Positions 44,632 through 53,488 of a DNA stretch of 64,000 bases are shown here, piece by piece (the first letter of the stretch is position 1; every line of letters starts with the position of its first letter). The notes beneath the pieces are model-generated. The model did not search any database and had not been told where the DNA came from. It saw only the letters and a program-made list of their open reading frames with translations. Origin of the DNA: Chthoniobacter flavus. Its GTDB lineage: Bacteria > Verrucomicrobiota > Verrucomicrobiia > Chthoniobacterales > Chthoniobacteraceae. The stretch covers positions 459 to 64,458 of the forward strand of contig CAMARB010000001.1 in assembly GCA_945860355.1 (NCBI GenBank). The letters run 5' to 3'. A program made the position numbers and the translations under genes.

Positions 44632-46776
44632 TTACGGTTTTTTCGGAAGCGCAAATGCGACCCAAGTGTCGCCGGCTGGACCTCCGAGTTTTCCTCCGCC
44701 CGTGGCCGGGATAACGACGTATTGCCGGCCGGCGACTTCGTAGATGGAGGGCGGCGCGGTGCCGTGGAAAGGCAGCACATGACTCCAGAGCTCGCGTCCG
44801 GAGTCGGCGTCGAACGCACGGATCTTTTTGTCGCGGGTGCCGCTGACGAAGACCAGGCCCGACGCGGTCACGGCGGCGCCGCCGAAGTTCTCCTGACCGG
44901 TGATGGGGACACCCGCCGCCTTCAACGCGTCGTATTCGCCCAAGGGGACACTCCACACTTTTTTACCCGTGTTGAGGTTGATGCAGTTGAGCGTGCCCCA
45001 CGGAGGCTTACACGCCGGGTACCCCTGCGGATCGGTGAACTTGGTAAACCCGCTAAATGTCCAGGAAGGTTTTCCCGTGGGCGGTGTTGCCGGGCGGTCC
45101 CGGCAAAAGAGGAAATCCGCTAGGTTCTGGACCTGCGCGTCGGTGAGAAATGGCAGGGTCGGCATGCCGTTGCGCCCGTTTTTGAGCACGGCGCGGAACT
45201 CGTCCTCTTTCATCCGGTGTCGCAACCCTTTGAGCGGAGGGGCGTGTCCGATGCCGCGCATGTCGGGGCCATGGCATGCGATACAGACGCTTTGGTAGAC
45301 TTGGTGGCCGGCGGTGGGCGGCTTGGCCGGAGCCGGGTCGTCGTCCCTGAAACACGTGATGTTCCACGGGACTTCATTCGAGGTCACGTAGAGGAACCCG
45401 CGCGAGTCGGCGGCGGCGCCGGTCCATTCCGCACCGCCGTGGATGTTGAACATCAGGGTGGGGCGGGCTTCGTCCAGGGAGGGGAACGGGCCTGTGTTGG
45501 CCCGCTGGAAGGTGGGAAGCACGGCCTCTTTTGCGCCGGGAAGCGTGGGCAGATCCGCCTCGGTGTATGCGTTTCGGGCGAAGGGCTGGGGCAGCTCCGG
45601 GAGGGGTTGGTAGGGCGCCGTCTCGTCGCCGGGCAACCCGTGGGAGTCGACCCGCACCAGTCGGAAATCGTAGAGCGGCTTGCCGGTCACCCGGTCCAGG
45701 AGCAGCGTGTTGCCGAGTTTGGTGACTTGGGCCACCGCATCCACTCGGATCCCGTGGCGCTCGACGGTGACCAGGTTGGGCGGAGCGGGGATGTCCCAGT
45801 CCCAGATGTCGTGCCGGAGTTCCTGGAAATGCCAGAGGCGTTGGCCTGTGAGCGCATCCAAGGCGATCACGCAATTGGCGAAGAGGTTGTCGCCCCGGTG
45901 ATCCATCCCAAAGAAGTTCGGTTTGGGGGACCCTGTCCCCACAAAAGCGATCCCGCGGGATTCGTCCAGGGCCAAGCCGCCCCAGCAGTTTGCGCCGCCC
46001 CGGACGCTGCTCCAAGTTTCATGGCCGAACTCCCCGGGCTCGGGGCGCGTGGCGAAACGCCAGAGTTGTTTGCCGGTCCGGGCATCAAACCCAAAGACGT
46101 CCCGGGTAAATCCCGCGATCACCAGCACATGCTGGTGCATGGCGCCGACCACGGCCGCGCCGGCTGGAAACGCCGTCTTGCCGCCCTCCCCGAAAGTGGG
46201 AATGGGTTGGCCGTTCTGCGGATCCACGGCGAGCAGCCAGTTGCCATCCCCGAAGAGGAGCCGCGGGCCGTTTTCCGCGTCGCCCCGCCAGTAAAGCAAC
46301 CCGCGTTTTGCTGTCCCCGACAACGACTTTCCTATGAGCGCGGAGGGGGCGAAACGCCAGCGTTCCCGGCCGGTGGCGGCGTCGATTGCGGCGATGCAAT
46401 TGCCCGGAGTGGACGTGTAAAGCGTCCCGTCGACGACGATGGGGTTGCACTGGATGTTCCCTGTCCCGTCGCCGGAACGGTAGGTCCACGCCACTTCGAG
46501 CTGGGAGACGTTTTGAGGAGTGATCTGCCGCAGTTCTGAGAACCGATTGGAGGTGGAGCCCCCTAGGGAGCGCTCCCAGTTGGCCCCGTTGCCGGAAGCG
46601 GGCCAGCCGTTCGCCCTGGTGAGTTCCTTCGGTTTGGCCGCCGGGATGACTTGAAAGGGCGGCAGGTTTTCCCGGGCGCCAGCCCCGGCCTCGCCTGCCC
46701 GGGTGGGAAGGGTGAGCCCGGGCAGGCTCAGGAGGATTGCCGCCGGCAGAATCCGCACGGATTGAAAAACGGGCAT
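44632..46776 (-). CDS. PQQ-dependent dehydrogenase (glucose/quinate/shikimate-type beta-propeller) with an inserted mono-haem cytochrome c module
   Basis: Signal peptide; propeller motifs LEVAWTYRSGD, IAAIDAATGRERWRF, CVIALDALTGQRLWHFQELRHDIWDWD. CIACH (aa 498-502, nt 45271-45285) plus NGMPTLP. Propeller blades resume after aa ~575. Confidence 0.88.
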   Translation of the reverse strand: MPVFQSVRILPAAILLSLPGLTLPTRAGEAGAGARENLPPFQVIPAAKPKELTRANGWPASGNGANWERSLGGSTSNRFSELRQITPQNVSQLEVAWTYRSGDGTGNIQCNPIVVDGTLYTSTPGNCIAAIDAATGRERWRFAPSALIGKSLSGTAKRGLLYWRGDAENGPRLLFGDGNWLLAVDPQNGQPIPTFGEGGKTAFPAGAAVVGAMHQHVLVIAGFTRDVFGFDARTGKQLWRFATRPEPGEFGHETWSSVRGGANCWGGLALDESRGIAFVGTGSPKPNFFGMDHRGDNLFANCVIALDALTGQRLWHFQELRHDIWDWDIPAPPNLVTVERHGIRVDAVAQVTKLGNTLLLDRVTGKPLYDFRLVRVDSHGLPGDETAPYQPLPELPQPFARNAYTEADLPTLPGAKEAVLPTFQRANTGPFPSLDEARPTLMFNIHGGAEWTGAAADSRGFLYVTSNEVPWNITCFRDDDPAPAKPPTAGHQVYQSVCIACHGPDMRGIGHAPPLKGLRHRMKEDEFRAVLKNGRNGMPTLPFLTDAQVQNLADFLFCRDRPATPPTGKPSWTFSGFTKFTDPQGYPACKPPWGTLNCINLNTGKKVWSVPLGEYDALKAAGVPITGQENFGGAAVTASGLVFVSGTRDKKIRAFDADSGRELWSHVLPFHGTAPPSIYEVAGRQYVVIPATGGGKLGGPAGDTWVAFALPKKP

Positions 46777-46794
46777 GGCTCTGGGGGAGGGGTT

Positions 46795-47811
46795 TTATTG
46801 GGCGGGTTTCGGCGCGGGCTTCCACGAAAGATACTCAGGAGGTGCTCCGGCGGGTTTGCCGTCGAGCTGGGGGATCAGCCAGGCCAACCCGTTCATATTG
46901 TCCTGGAGCCGTAATTCGGCGTCTTCGCCCGTGTGGTTGAGAATGCCGATCACCCCTTTGTAGCCGCTGTTGCGGATGATTTTGAGGAGTTGGACGTCTT
47001 CGGGACCTGCGCCGAGTGGCAGGATTTTACGGCCAACGTTGTCGCCGTGGATCTCCATCCCGTTGAGATTGAAGCAGATCAGGTAGGGCGCCATGCGCTG
47101 CATGAGCTCCGTGAACCGGGCAATGTGTCCGTGGCCGTGGTGCTGGTTGTAGACGATGCCCACGTTGTCGAAGCCCTCTTTCCGGAGCCGATCGATGATC
47201 GCGATTTGGTTTTCAGGTTCCCCATACCATCCACCGTGGTTGTAGAGCCCCACCTGCAGGCCGCGTTCCTTGGCGGCCGCTGAGACGGGCCGCAGAGCGT
47301 TGACCTCGGCGGCGACTCGGCGCTCCTGTTCCTCCGGGCTGCCCGGGTCGATGGACTGGCCGCCTTTGATGATCCACAGCTGGGGCTTCACGCCGTGTCT
47401 TGCGAACAGGTCGAGCGTTTCCCTGCCCTTGGGGGCGAGTTGGCTGCGGTCCTGCGGGTCGACGGCGGGGGAGAACATCCAGCCGGTGAGTTCAACGCCG
47501 TGTTTTTTTAGTGCGATGACTTCGTCTTCGAACTGAGGGACGTGCTCCGCGCGATAGTCGTAAACGAATTTTTTGATCCCCAATGATTCGAGCATGGCTG
47601 CTCGTTGCTCGGGGTTCCGCTTGGCTTTGTCGTATGGGACGATGCACCAGGCGGCGAGGTTATCTTTGCGGAAAATGTCCGCGCTTGTGGCGTTCGCCGC
47701 GCTTGTGGCGTTCGCCGCGCGGGCCGGTTCGGCGGCGCGGCTGGTGGTGGAGGTTGCAAGGACGGGCAACGAAGCGAGGCCCAGAACGAGGAGGAGGGAG
47801 GAGGGATTCAT
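46795..47811 (-). CDS. Secreted sugar phosphate isomerase/epimerase (xylose isomerase-like TIM barrel) family protein
   Basis: Signal peptide; FDNVGIVYNQHHGHGHI, CFNLNGM, ILNHTGED, typical of the family. Confidence 0.85.
   Translation of the reverse strand: MNPSSLLLVLGLASLPVLATSTTSRAAEPARAANATSAANATSADIFRKDNLAAWCIVPYDKAKRNPEQRAAMLESLGIKKFVYDYRAEHVPQFEDEVIALKKHGVELTGWMFSPAVDPQDRSQLAPKGRETLDLFARHGVKPQLWIIKGGQSIDPGSPEEQERRVAAEVNALRPVSAAAKERGLQVGLYNHGGWYGEPENQIAIIDRLRKEGFDNVGIVYNQHHGHGHIARFTELMQRMAPYLICFNLNGMEIHGDNVGRKILPLGAGPEDVQLLKIIRNSGYKGVIGILNHTGEDAELRLQDNMNGLAWLIPQLDGKPAGAPPEYLSWKPAPKPAQ
47681..47716. repeat. 18-bp perfect tandem duplication inside the isomerase signal/linker region (encodes AANATS x2)
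   Basis: GCGCTTGTGGCGTTCGCC occurs twice head-to-tail. Confidence 0.9.
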
Positions 47812-47872
47812 CGGGGGTAAACTAGCGTTTCCCCGGGCCTTTGAGATAGGCGGGCGGCGGCAGGTTTTGGAA

Positions 47873-48622
47873 TCAGAGCGGCGTCGTTTCCGCCTTGGGC
47901 TGGTAACACTGACGGTAGGTTTTGGGGGTGAGCCCGGTTTCCTGGCGAAATTCCCGGGTGAAATGGCTCTGATCGCAAAAGCCGTGCCGCAGCGCCACTT
48001 CGCTCAGGCTCCAGCTCGAATACACGAGGTCGTGACAGGAGAGCCGGACCCGGACCCGCCTCAGGTAGTGCTGTGGGGGCATCCGCAGTTCGCGAATAAA
48101 GAGGCGTTCGAGCGCACGGACGGAACGCCCCGCGACAGCGGCTAAAGCCGCGTTGCTGGGGTTTTCCGCGTAATGCTGACGCACAAATGCGAGGACGCGT
48201 CCCAGGGACATGTCGGTATGGGTGTCCAACGCCGCCAAATCAGCCGGGCGGGTGATTCCGGCGGTGCCGACAATCGCCCCTTGGGCGTCGCGAATGGGGA
48301 GCTTGGTGGTCAGGCACCACGTGGACACGTGGTCAAAGCGTCCCACCAGTTCCAGGCGCCCCAACACGGGGTCGCCCTGCAGCACCCGCTCGTCATCCAA
48401 CCGGAATTGTTGGGCAAGATGGGTCGGCGAGAGGTCGTCATCACTTTTTCCCACGACCGGGCAGGACTCCGTTTCGAGGGAGTAATTGAGGAGGAACGCG
48501 CGGTTGGCCCATTCATAGACGCCATGGCGGTCCTTGATCCAACATTGGACTCCCTCCACGAAATCGAAAAGGGCGAGCATGGCCGGGCCACATCCGGCGA
48601 GGAGGATTGGCTCGGTAGGCAT
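47873..48622 (-). CDS. AraC-family transcriptional regulator with an N-terminal PAS-like sensor domain
   Basis: C-terminal HTH (LAAVAGRSVRALERLF..., VALRHGFCDQSHFTREFRQETGLTPKTYR). ATG 48622 is chosen; the upstream part of the ORF is Pro/Arg-rich junk. Confidence 0.85.
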   Translation of the reverse strand: MPTEPILLAGCGPAMLALFDFVEGVQCWIKDRHGVYEWANRAFLLNYSLETESCPVVGKSDDDLSPTHLAQQFRLDDERVLQGDPVLGRLELVGRFDHVSTWCLTTKLPIRDAQGAIVGTAGITRPADLAALDTHTDMSLGRVLAFVRQHYAENPSNAALAAVAGRSVRALERLFIRELRMPPQHYLRRVRVRLSCHDLVYSSWSLSEVALRHGFCDQSHFTREFRQETGLTPKTYRQCYQPKAETTPL

Positions 48623-48681
48623 GTTTCTGGGAGGGGCGACGGCTGCCGGGAACGGGGGGGGGGGAATATCGTGGGGCGGAG

Positions 48682-49599
48682 TTAGCGGCGCTGGCGCGGA
48701 TCGAGTGCGTCCCGGAGGCCGTCTCCGAGGAAGTTGAGCGCCAGCAGGGTGAGCGACATCACCCCGGCGGGGAAAACCAGCAGCCACCAGGAGCTTTTAA
48801 CCGGGTTGATGGCTTGGGCGCCGTCGGCCAGGAGGCTGCCCCAACTGGCTTGCGGGGCTTGAATCCCCAGCCCGAGAAACGAGAGGAGCGATTCGTCGAG
48901 AATCACGGCCGGAATGGTGAGGGTGAGATAAACAATCACGATCCCCGCCAGGTTGGGCAGCAGGTGGCGGAGCAGAATCCGAACATGGCTCTGGCCCAGG
49001 CTGCGGGCGGCGACAACGAACTGCTGGTTTTTGAGCGCCAACACCTGGCCCCGGACGATTCGGGCCATGGTGAGCCATTCGATGAGCCCGAGTGCCAGGA
49101 TCAGGATGAGGATTTTCGAGTAGCCCACCCAGCGCCCGTCCCACACCCCGGCCAGCTGGGTTTTGACCATGGGATCGAACACGAAGGAGGCGATGAGCAG
49201 AATGATCAGCCTCGGCACGGCGTAGAGGATCTCGACAATCCGCATCAGCGTGGCGTCGGTTCGGCCGCCGGCGTATCCGGAGAGCAGGCCGTAGGCGGTG
49301 CCGATGAAAAAACTCACCAGTGCGCCGCTCAGCCCCACCAGCAGGGAGATTCGCGCGCCCTGAAGGACGCGGGCAAAGAGGTCGCGCCCGTTGAGGTCTG
49401 TTCCAAAGAAATGAGCGAGAGAGGGGGGCGCAAACTGGGCATCCGAAGTGGCGTGGGGATCCACGGAATAGAGCAGCGGCCCGAACACGGCGGCTGCGAC
49501 AATGAACCCGAGGATTGCCAGGGCGGCCATGGCCGAGCGGTTGCGCGCGAGCCGTTGCCAGGTGCCGGGAGTGGAGCTTAAGGGGGCTGCGTCACTCAT
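48682..49599 (-). CDS. ABC transporter permease (oligopeptide/dipeptide OppC/DppC type)
   Basis: N-terminal RLARNRSAMAALAILGFIV and an EAA-like loop (ARSLGQSHVRILLRHLLPN). Confidence 0.9.
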   Translation of the reverse strand: MSDAAPLSSTPGTWQRLARNRSAMAALAILGFIVAAAVFGPLLYSVDPHATSDAQFAPPSLAHFFGTDLNGRDLFARVLQGARISLLVGLSGALVSFFIGTAYGLLSGYAGGRTDATLMRIVEILYAVPRLIILLIASFVFDPMVKTQLAGVWDGRWVGYSKILILILALGLIEWLTMARIVRGQVLALKNQQFVVAARSLGQSHVRILLRHLLPNLAGIVIVYLTLTIPAVILDESLLSFLGLGIQAPQASWGSLLADGAQAINPVKSSWWLLVFPAGVMSLTLLALNFLGDGLRDALDPRQRR

Positions 49600-50512
49600 A
49601 AATTTGGATACGCCGGTCGAGCCAGCCGTAGAGCAGGTCCACGCAGAGGTTGAGCACGACGAGCAGCGTGCAATAGACGATCACAACACCGCTGAGCAGG
49701 AAAACGTCCCGGTTGAGGATGGAGTTCACGAAATAACCGCCCATGCCGGGGATGCCAAAAATGCTTTCGACCACGATGGAGCCGGTGAGCAGGTTGGCCG
49801 CCAAGGGGCCCAGGAAACTGACCACGGGCAGGAGGGCGACCTTGAGGGCGTGCCGGGTGAGCACGGCGGCATCCGAGAGACCTTTGGCGCGGGCGGTGCG
49901 GATGAAGTCCTGGTGGAGCACTTCGAGCAGACTCGAGCGCATGAGCCGGGCGATGTAGGCGACGTATGGGCCGGCCAAGGTGAGCGCGGGCAGAATGAGG
50001 CAGCTCCACGAGCCCCATCCCCCGACGGGCAGCCACCGCAACCAGAGCCCGAAAACCAGGGCCAGCATCGGGCCGATCACGAAGGAGGGCACGCTGATCA
50101 GCACAAGGGCGCCGAGCATGGCGAACGTGTCCATCCACTGGTGCTGGCGCAGGGCGGCGAGGCTGCCCAGCCAGATGCCCAGCGAGGTGGCCAGGAGAAA
50201 CGCGCTCAGTCCCAGCATGGCGGAGACGGGCAGCGCATCGGCCACCAGCTCGTTTACGGAGCGGTCGCGGTATTTGACCGACGGCCCCAGATCCCCCTTG
50301 CACAGCCCCCCGAGGTAGCCCCGGTATTGTTCCCAGAGGGTGCCGTCGAGTTTGTACCGGGCCAGCAGCTGTTTTTCGATGGCCGGCGGGATCTTGCGTT
50401 CCCGGCTGAATGGCGTTCCCGGCGCCAGACGCACGAGGAAAAACGTGAGCGTGATGGTGCACCAAAGCACGAGGAACAGGCCCAGAAAACGGCGGAGGAA
50501 ATACAGGCCCAT
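49592..50512 (-). CDS. ABC transporter permease (OppB/DppB type)
   Basis: ATG 50512 gives MGLYFLRRFLGLFLVLWCTITLTFFLVRLAPG. EAA loop FIRTARAKGLSDAAVLTRHALK. 8-nt overlap with the next permease gene. Confidence 0.9.
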   Translation of the reverse strand: MGLYFLRRFLGLFLVLWCTITLTFFLVRLAPGTPFSRERKIPPAIEKQLLARYKLDGTLWEQYRGYLGGLCKGDLGPSVKYRDRSVNELVADALPVSAMLGLSAFLLATSLGIWLGSLAALRQHQWMDTFAMLGALVLISVPSFVIGPMLALVFGLWLRWLPVGGWGSWSCLILPALTLAGPYVAYIARLMRSSLLEVLHQDFIRTARAKGLSDAAVLTRHALKVALLPVVSFLGPLAANLLTGSIVVESIFGIPGMGGYFVNSILNRDVFLLSGVVIVYCTLLVVLNLCVDLLYGWLDRRIQIYE

Positions 50513-50514
50513 GA

Positions 50515-51423
50515 TTAGTCGAAGAGGCCCGGGTCGGCCCCGCAGGTTGGGGCGGAAAGCGCCGCCACGCGTTCGCAGGCTTCCGCGTGATAGACCGGGT
50601 CGAGTTCGAATCCGATGAAACGGGCGGCGCCGCAGGTTGCGGCGGCGATGGCGCTGTGGCCGATGCCCAGAAAAGGGTCCAGCACGGTCATGTTTTCCCG
50701 CAATCCGTGCAGCTTGAGGCATTGTTCGGCGAGGGCGGCCGGAAATGTGGCCGGATGCGGGCGCTGGGCCTCGCGGCTGCGGATGGTTTGATAGGGGATA
50801 AACCAGTTGTTTCCCCGGCACCGGCGGTCTTGCCCGCCGGTGTGGGACCAGCGGGCAATGTTGCTTTTGTGGGCGTACGGCACCCCCACGGCCAGGCGAT
50901 CCAGGGGCACGTCGCCGCGGTGCGTGAAGTGGAAGACGTATTCGTGGCAGTCGGTGAGAAAACGCCGGGAGTTGATGGGCTTGAAATGCCCCGCGGAGAC
51001 TTGTTCGCCCTGCCGGGTTTTCACGGTGATGGATTTGATCCAATGGATCGTGTTCTGGAGGCGGAAAAGGGGCTCGAGGCGGAGCGCGAGTTGATGGGGG
51101 AGCAGGGGGTTTTTGGGGCTGGCGCCGATGTTGAGAAAAAACGAGCCCTCCGGCTTGAGCACACGGCGGATCTGGTTCGCCCAGGAGTCGCACCACTCCA
51201 AATATTCGCCGCGGGCGGCGTTGTCCGCGAAGGTGCCGTAGTCGATATCGAGGTTGTAGGGCGGCGAGGTGACGACCACATCCACGGAGGCGTCCTCCAA
51301 CGCGCGCATGCCCTCGACGCAGTCGCCAAGGCGCAAATCCCAGAGGGGCGCGGGGTGCAAATTGGGTGGGCTCATCACAGGGTCGGCATCATTTCCAGAA
51401 CACACCGGCTTTTGCATTGCCAA
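50515..51423 (-). CDS. Beta-class DNA methyltransferase (N4-cytosine or N6-adenine; SPPY motif)
   Basis: Motif IV VVTSPPYNL lies near the N-terminus and motif I VLDPFLGIGHSAIAA near the C-terminus (beta permutation, N6_N4_Mtase-like). The stop is 2 nt before the permease ATG. Confidence 0.88.
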   Translation of the reverse strand: MAMQKPVCSGNDADPVMSPPNLHPAPLWDLRLGDCVEGMRALEDASVDVVVTSPPYNLDIDYGTFADNAARGEYLEWCDSWANQIRRVLKPEGSFFLNIGASPKNPLLPHQLALRLEPLFRLQNTIHWIKSITVKTRQGEQVSAGHFKPINSRRFLTDCHEYVFHFTHRGDVPLDRLAVGVPYAHKSNIARWSHTGGQDRRCRGNNWFIPYQTIRSREAQRPHPATFPAALAEQCLKLHGLRENMTVLDPFLGIGHSAIAAATCGAARFIGFELDPVYHAEACERVAALSAPTCGADPGLFD

Positions 51424-51468
51424 AATAAGGCTTTGGCTAAGATCCGCACCCCGTTTCTCCGTCTGCCC

Positions 51469-51963
51469 ATGCGTTTTACAGCCATTCTATTTCTGGGACT
51501 CTGTGGCCCGCTGACCGCCTTCGGGGCGGATTCGCGGCCCACTGTCCCCGGTCAGGTGGCTGTGATCAAAAACGGGCTGGCCTGCGCTCCGCTGGGTGCC
51601 CCGGAGTCCGTTCAGCGCGCCATCTGGGCCGTGAACGGTCTTTCCAAAAAGCCGTATCGATGGGGGGGCGGGCACGGCACGTTTTACGACCGGGGATACG
51701 ACTGCTCGGGGACGGTGTCTTTCCTGTTGCATCACGCGGCTGGTTTAGGGGATCCGACCCCGTCGCGGGGGATGCTTTCCTACGGGAGTCCCGGGCCGGG
51801 CCGATGGATCACGGTGTATGCGCAGCGCGGGCATGTGTTTGCCACGGTGGCGGGGCTGCGGTTGGACACCACCGATCTGAGAGGCGGTCGCCAGGGGCCT
51901 CGCTGGCATCGCGAGGCGCGTTCCACGGCGGGTTTCGTTGCGAGGCATCCCAAGGGTTTATGA
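51469..51963 (+). CDS. Secreted NlpC/P60 (C40) family peptidase-like protein
   Basis: ATG 51469 gives signal peptide MRFTAILFLGLCGPLTAFG. YRWGGGHG...GYDCSGTVSFLL catalytic Cys motif, with His later (RGHVF). Confidence 0.8.
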   Translation: MRFTAILFLGLCGPLTAFGADSRPTVPGQVAVIKNGLACAPLGAPESVQRAIWAVNGLSKKPYRWGGGHGTFYDRGYDCSGTVSFLLHHAAGLGDPTPSRGMLSYGSPGPGRWITVYAQRGHVFATVAGLRLDTTDLRGGRQGPRWHREARSTAGFVARHPKGL

Positions 51964-52032
51964 GAAACTCCGGCATCGGACCCGCGGGCGGGCTGGCAGT
52001 TTTTGCGGGGCCAGCGTAGATCTAGCGAGCTT

Positions 52033-52956
52033 ATGGCGGTTCAGTACAAAGACTATTACCAGACGCTTGGCGTTTCCAAGACGGCCACGCAGGACGAAAT
52101 CCGCACCGCCTTTCGCAAGTTGGCGCGCGTGCATCACCCCGATGTGGCGAAGGACAAGAAAGCCGCGGAGTCCAAGTTCAAGGAAATCAACGAGGCATAC
52201 GAGGTGCTTGGGGACCCCGAAAAGCGCCAGAAATACGACACGCTCGGTGCTGACTGGGAGCGGGGCGGCGCCGCGCAGGGCTGGCCGGGTGGCGCGGGGC
52301 GGCGGGGCGCCGGGGGGGCGAGTTTCGGGGGCACGGGGTTCAGCGACTTTTTTGAGCAGTTTTTCAGCGGGGGCGGCCGTCGCAGCCGTGGCCCGGGGCG
52401 GGGATTTACGGGGTTCGGGGGCGAGGACGAGGAGGATCCTCGTGGGGAGGACATGGAGGCGGATCTTCTGGTCAGCATCGAGGAGGCTCTGCGCGGGGCG
52501 AAAAAAAAGATCTCTTTCCGGCGCAGCGGCGCGTCCATGCCGGAGACCTATGAGGTCCGGGTACCCAAGGGTGTGCGCGAAGGGCAGCGGATCCGGTTAG
52601 CCGGTCAGGGGGCGCGCGGCGGGGCCGGGGCGCAAGCCGGGGATCTTCTCCTGCGTGTGCGTTTTGAGCAGCATCCTCATTATCGGGTGGAGGGTAGCGA
52701 CCTCATCTACGAGCTGGATGTGCCCGCCTGGAAGGCGGTGCTGGGCGGGGAGGCCGAGGTTCCGACGCCGGAGGGGGCGGTCCGGTTAAAGATCCCCGCC
52801 GGATCGCAGCCCGGCCGCAAGCTGCGCTTTAAGGGGCGGGGTTTGCCCGGCGCCTCAGGGGCGGCGGGAGACTTCTATGTGGTTCTGCAGGTTTCACTCC
52901 CCGAGACATTGAGCGCCCATCAGCGAGCCCTCTGGGAGGAGTTGTCCCGGAGTTGA
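52033..52956 (+). CDS. cbpA: DnaJ-class co-chaperone lacking the zinc finger (CbpA-like curved-DNA-binding protein)
   Basis: J domain DYYQTLGVSKTATQDEIRTAFRKLARVHHPDV, a G-rich linker, no CxxCxGxG repeats, and DnaJ C-terminal beta-domains. Confidence 0.85.
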   Translation: MAVQYKDYYQTLGVSKTATQDEIRTAFRKLARVHHPDVAKDKKAAESKFKEINEAYEVLGDPEKRQKYDTLGADWERGGAAQGWPGGAGRRGAGGASFGGTGFSDFFEQFFSGGGRRSRGPGRGFTGFGGEDEEDPRGEDMEADLLVSIEEALRGAKKKISFRRSGASMPETYEVRVPKGVREGQRIRLAGQGARGGAGAQAGDLLLRVRFEQHPHYRVEGSDLIYELDVPAWKAVLGGEAEVPTPEGAVRLKIPAGSQPGRKLRFKGRGLPGASGAAGDFYVVLQVSLPETLSAHQRALWEELSRS

Positions 52957-52995
52957 GCCGCAAACCAAAGAGGCCAATGAGGCGGGCGACCCCGG

Positions 52996-53457
52996 TTAGA
53001 CTGGTGGAATCTCAAGCGCCTCTTCCACCGTGCTGATCAGCGTGGCGATGGTGTAGGGCTTCGCAAGCGCTCGGCTAAAACCGTGGGCGCGGTAGTCCGC
53101 CATGACCGGGTCGTCGCGGTCTCCCGAGGAGACCACGGCCGGAAGCAGGGGTGCGGTCTGGCGGATGCACCGCAGCGTCTCCAAGCCGCTGAGGCCCCCC
53201 ACGAGATGCATGTCTGTGAGGAGAAGGGAAAAAGGGGCGTTTTCTTCGGTTGCCCGCTGGACGGCTCTGATGGCCTGCGCGCCGTCGGCCGCTCCGCTCA
53301 CTTCGTAACCCTGGGATTCAAGCATCCGCAGGATCAACTCGAGCAGGTTGGGTTCATCGTCCACCACGAGGATCCGATGCCGCTGCGGCTCCGGTTTTTG
53401 AGGGCATTCAGCCGCGGTTCCGCGAAGCGGTGATCCAGACGGAACATGGGGTTTCAT
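52996..53457 (-). CDS. Stand-alone response-regulator receiver protein
   Basis: RILVVDDEPN, LLLTDMHL, VVSSG, LAKPY. ATG 53457 avoids overlap with apt. Confidence 0.85.
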   Translation of the reverse strand: MKPHVPSGSPLRGTAAECPQKPEPQRHRILVVDDEPNLLELILRMLESQGYEVSGAADGAQAIRAVQRATEENAPFSLLLTDMHLVGGLSGLETLRCIRQTAPLLPAVVSSGDRDDPVMADYRAHGFSRALAKPYTIATLISTVEEALEIPPV

Positions 53458-53488
53458 GAACTGGTGGGCGACGCCACTGGCGAGGGCC

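Noticed and set aside
48682-50512. A complete Opp/Dpp ABC importer.
   Set aside because: Only the two permease genes are present. No ATPase or substrate-binding gene is adjacent, so I annotate permeases only and make no claim about substrate.
50587-51468. The N-terminal 294 codons of the 458-aa ORF 50587-51963. Likewise the N-terminal parts of ORFs 40769-41926, 49592-51196, 28528-31263, 26361-28049 and 15477-16733.
   Set aside because: The upstream portions overlap well-supported genes on the other strand or frame and lack motifs. Internal starts give proper signal peptides, or ATGA/GTGA coupling with the upstream genes.
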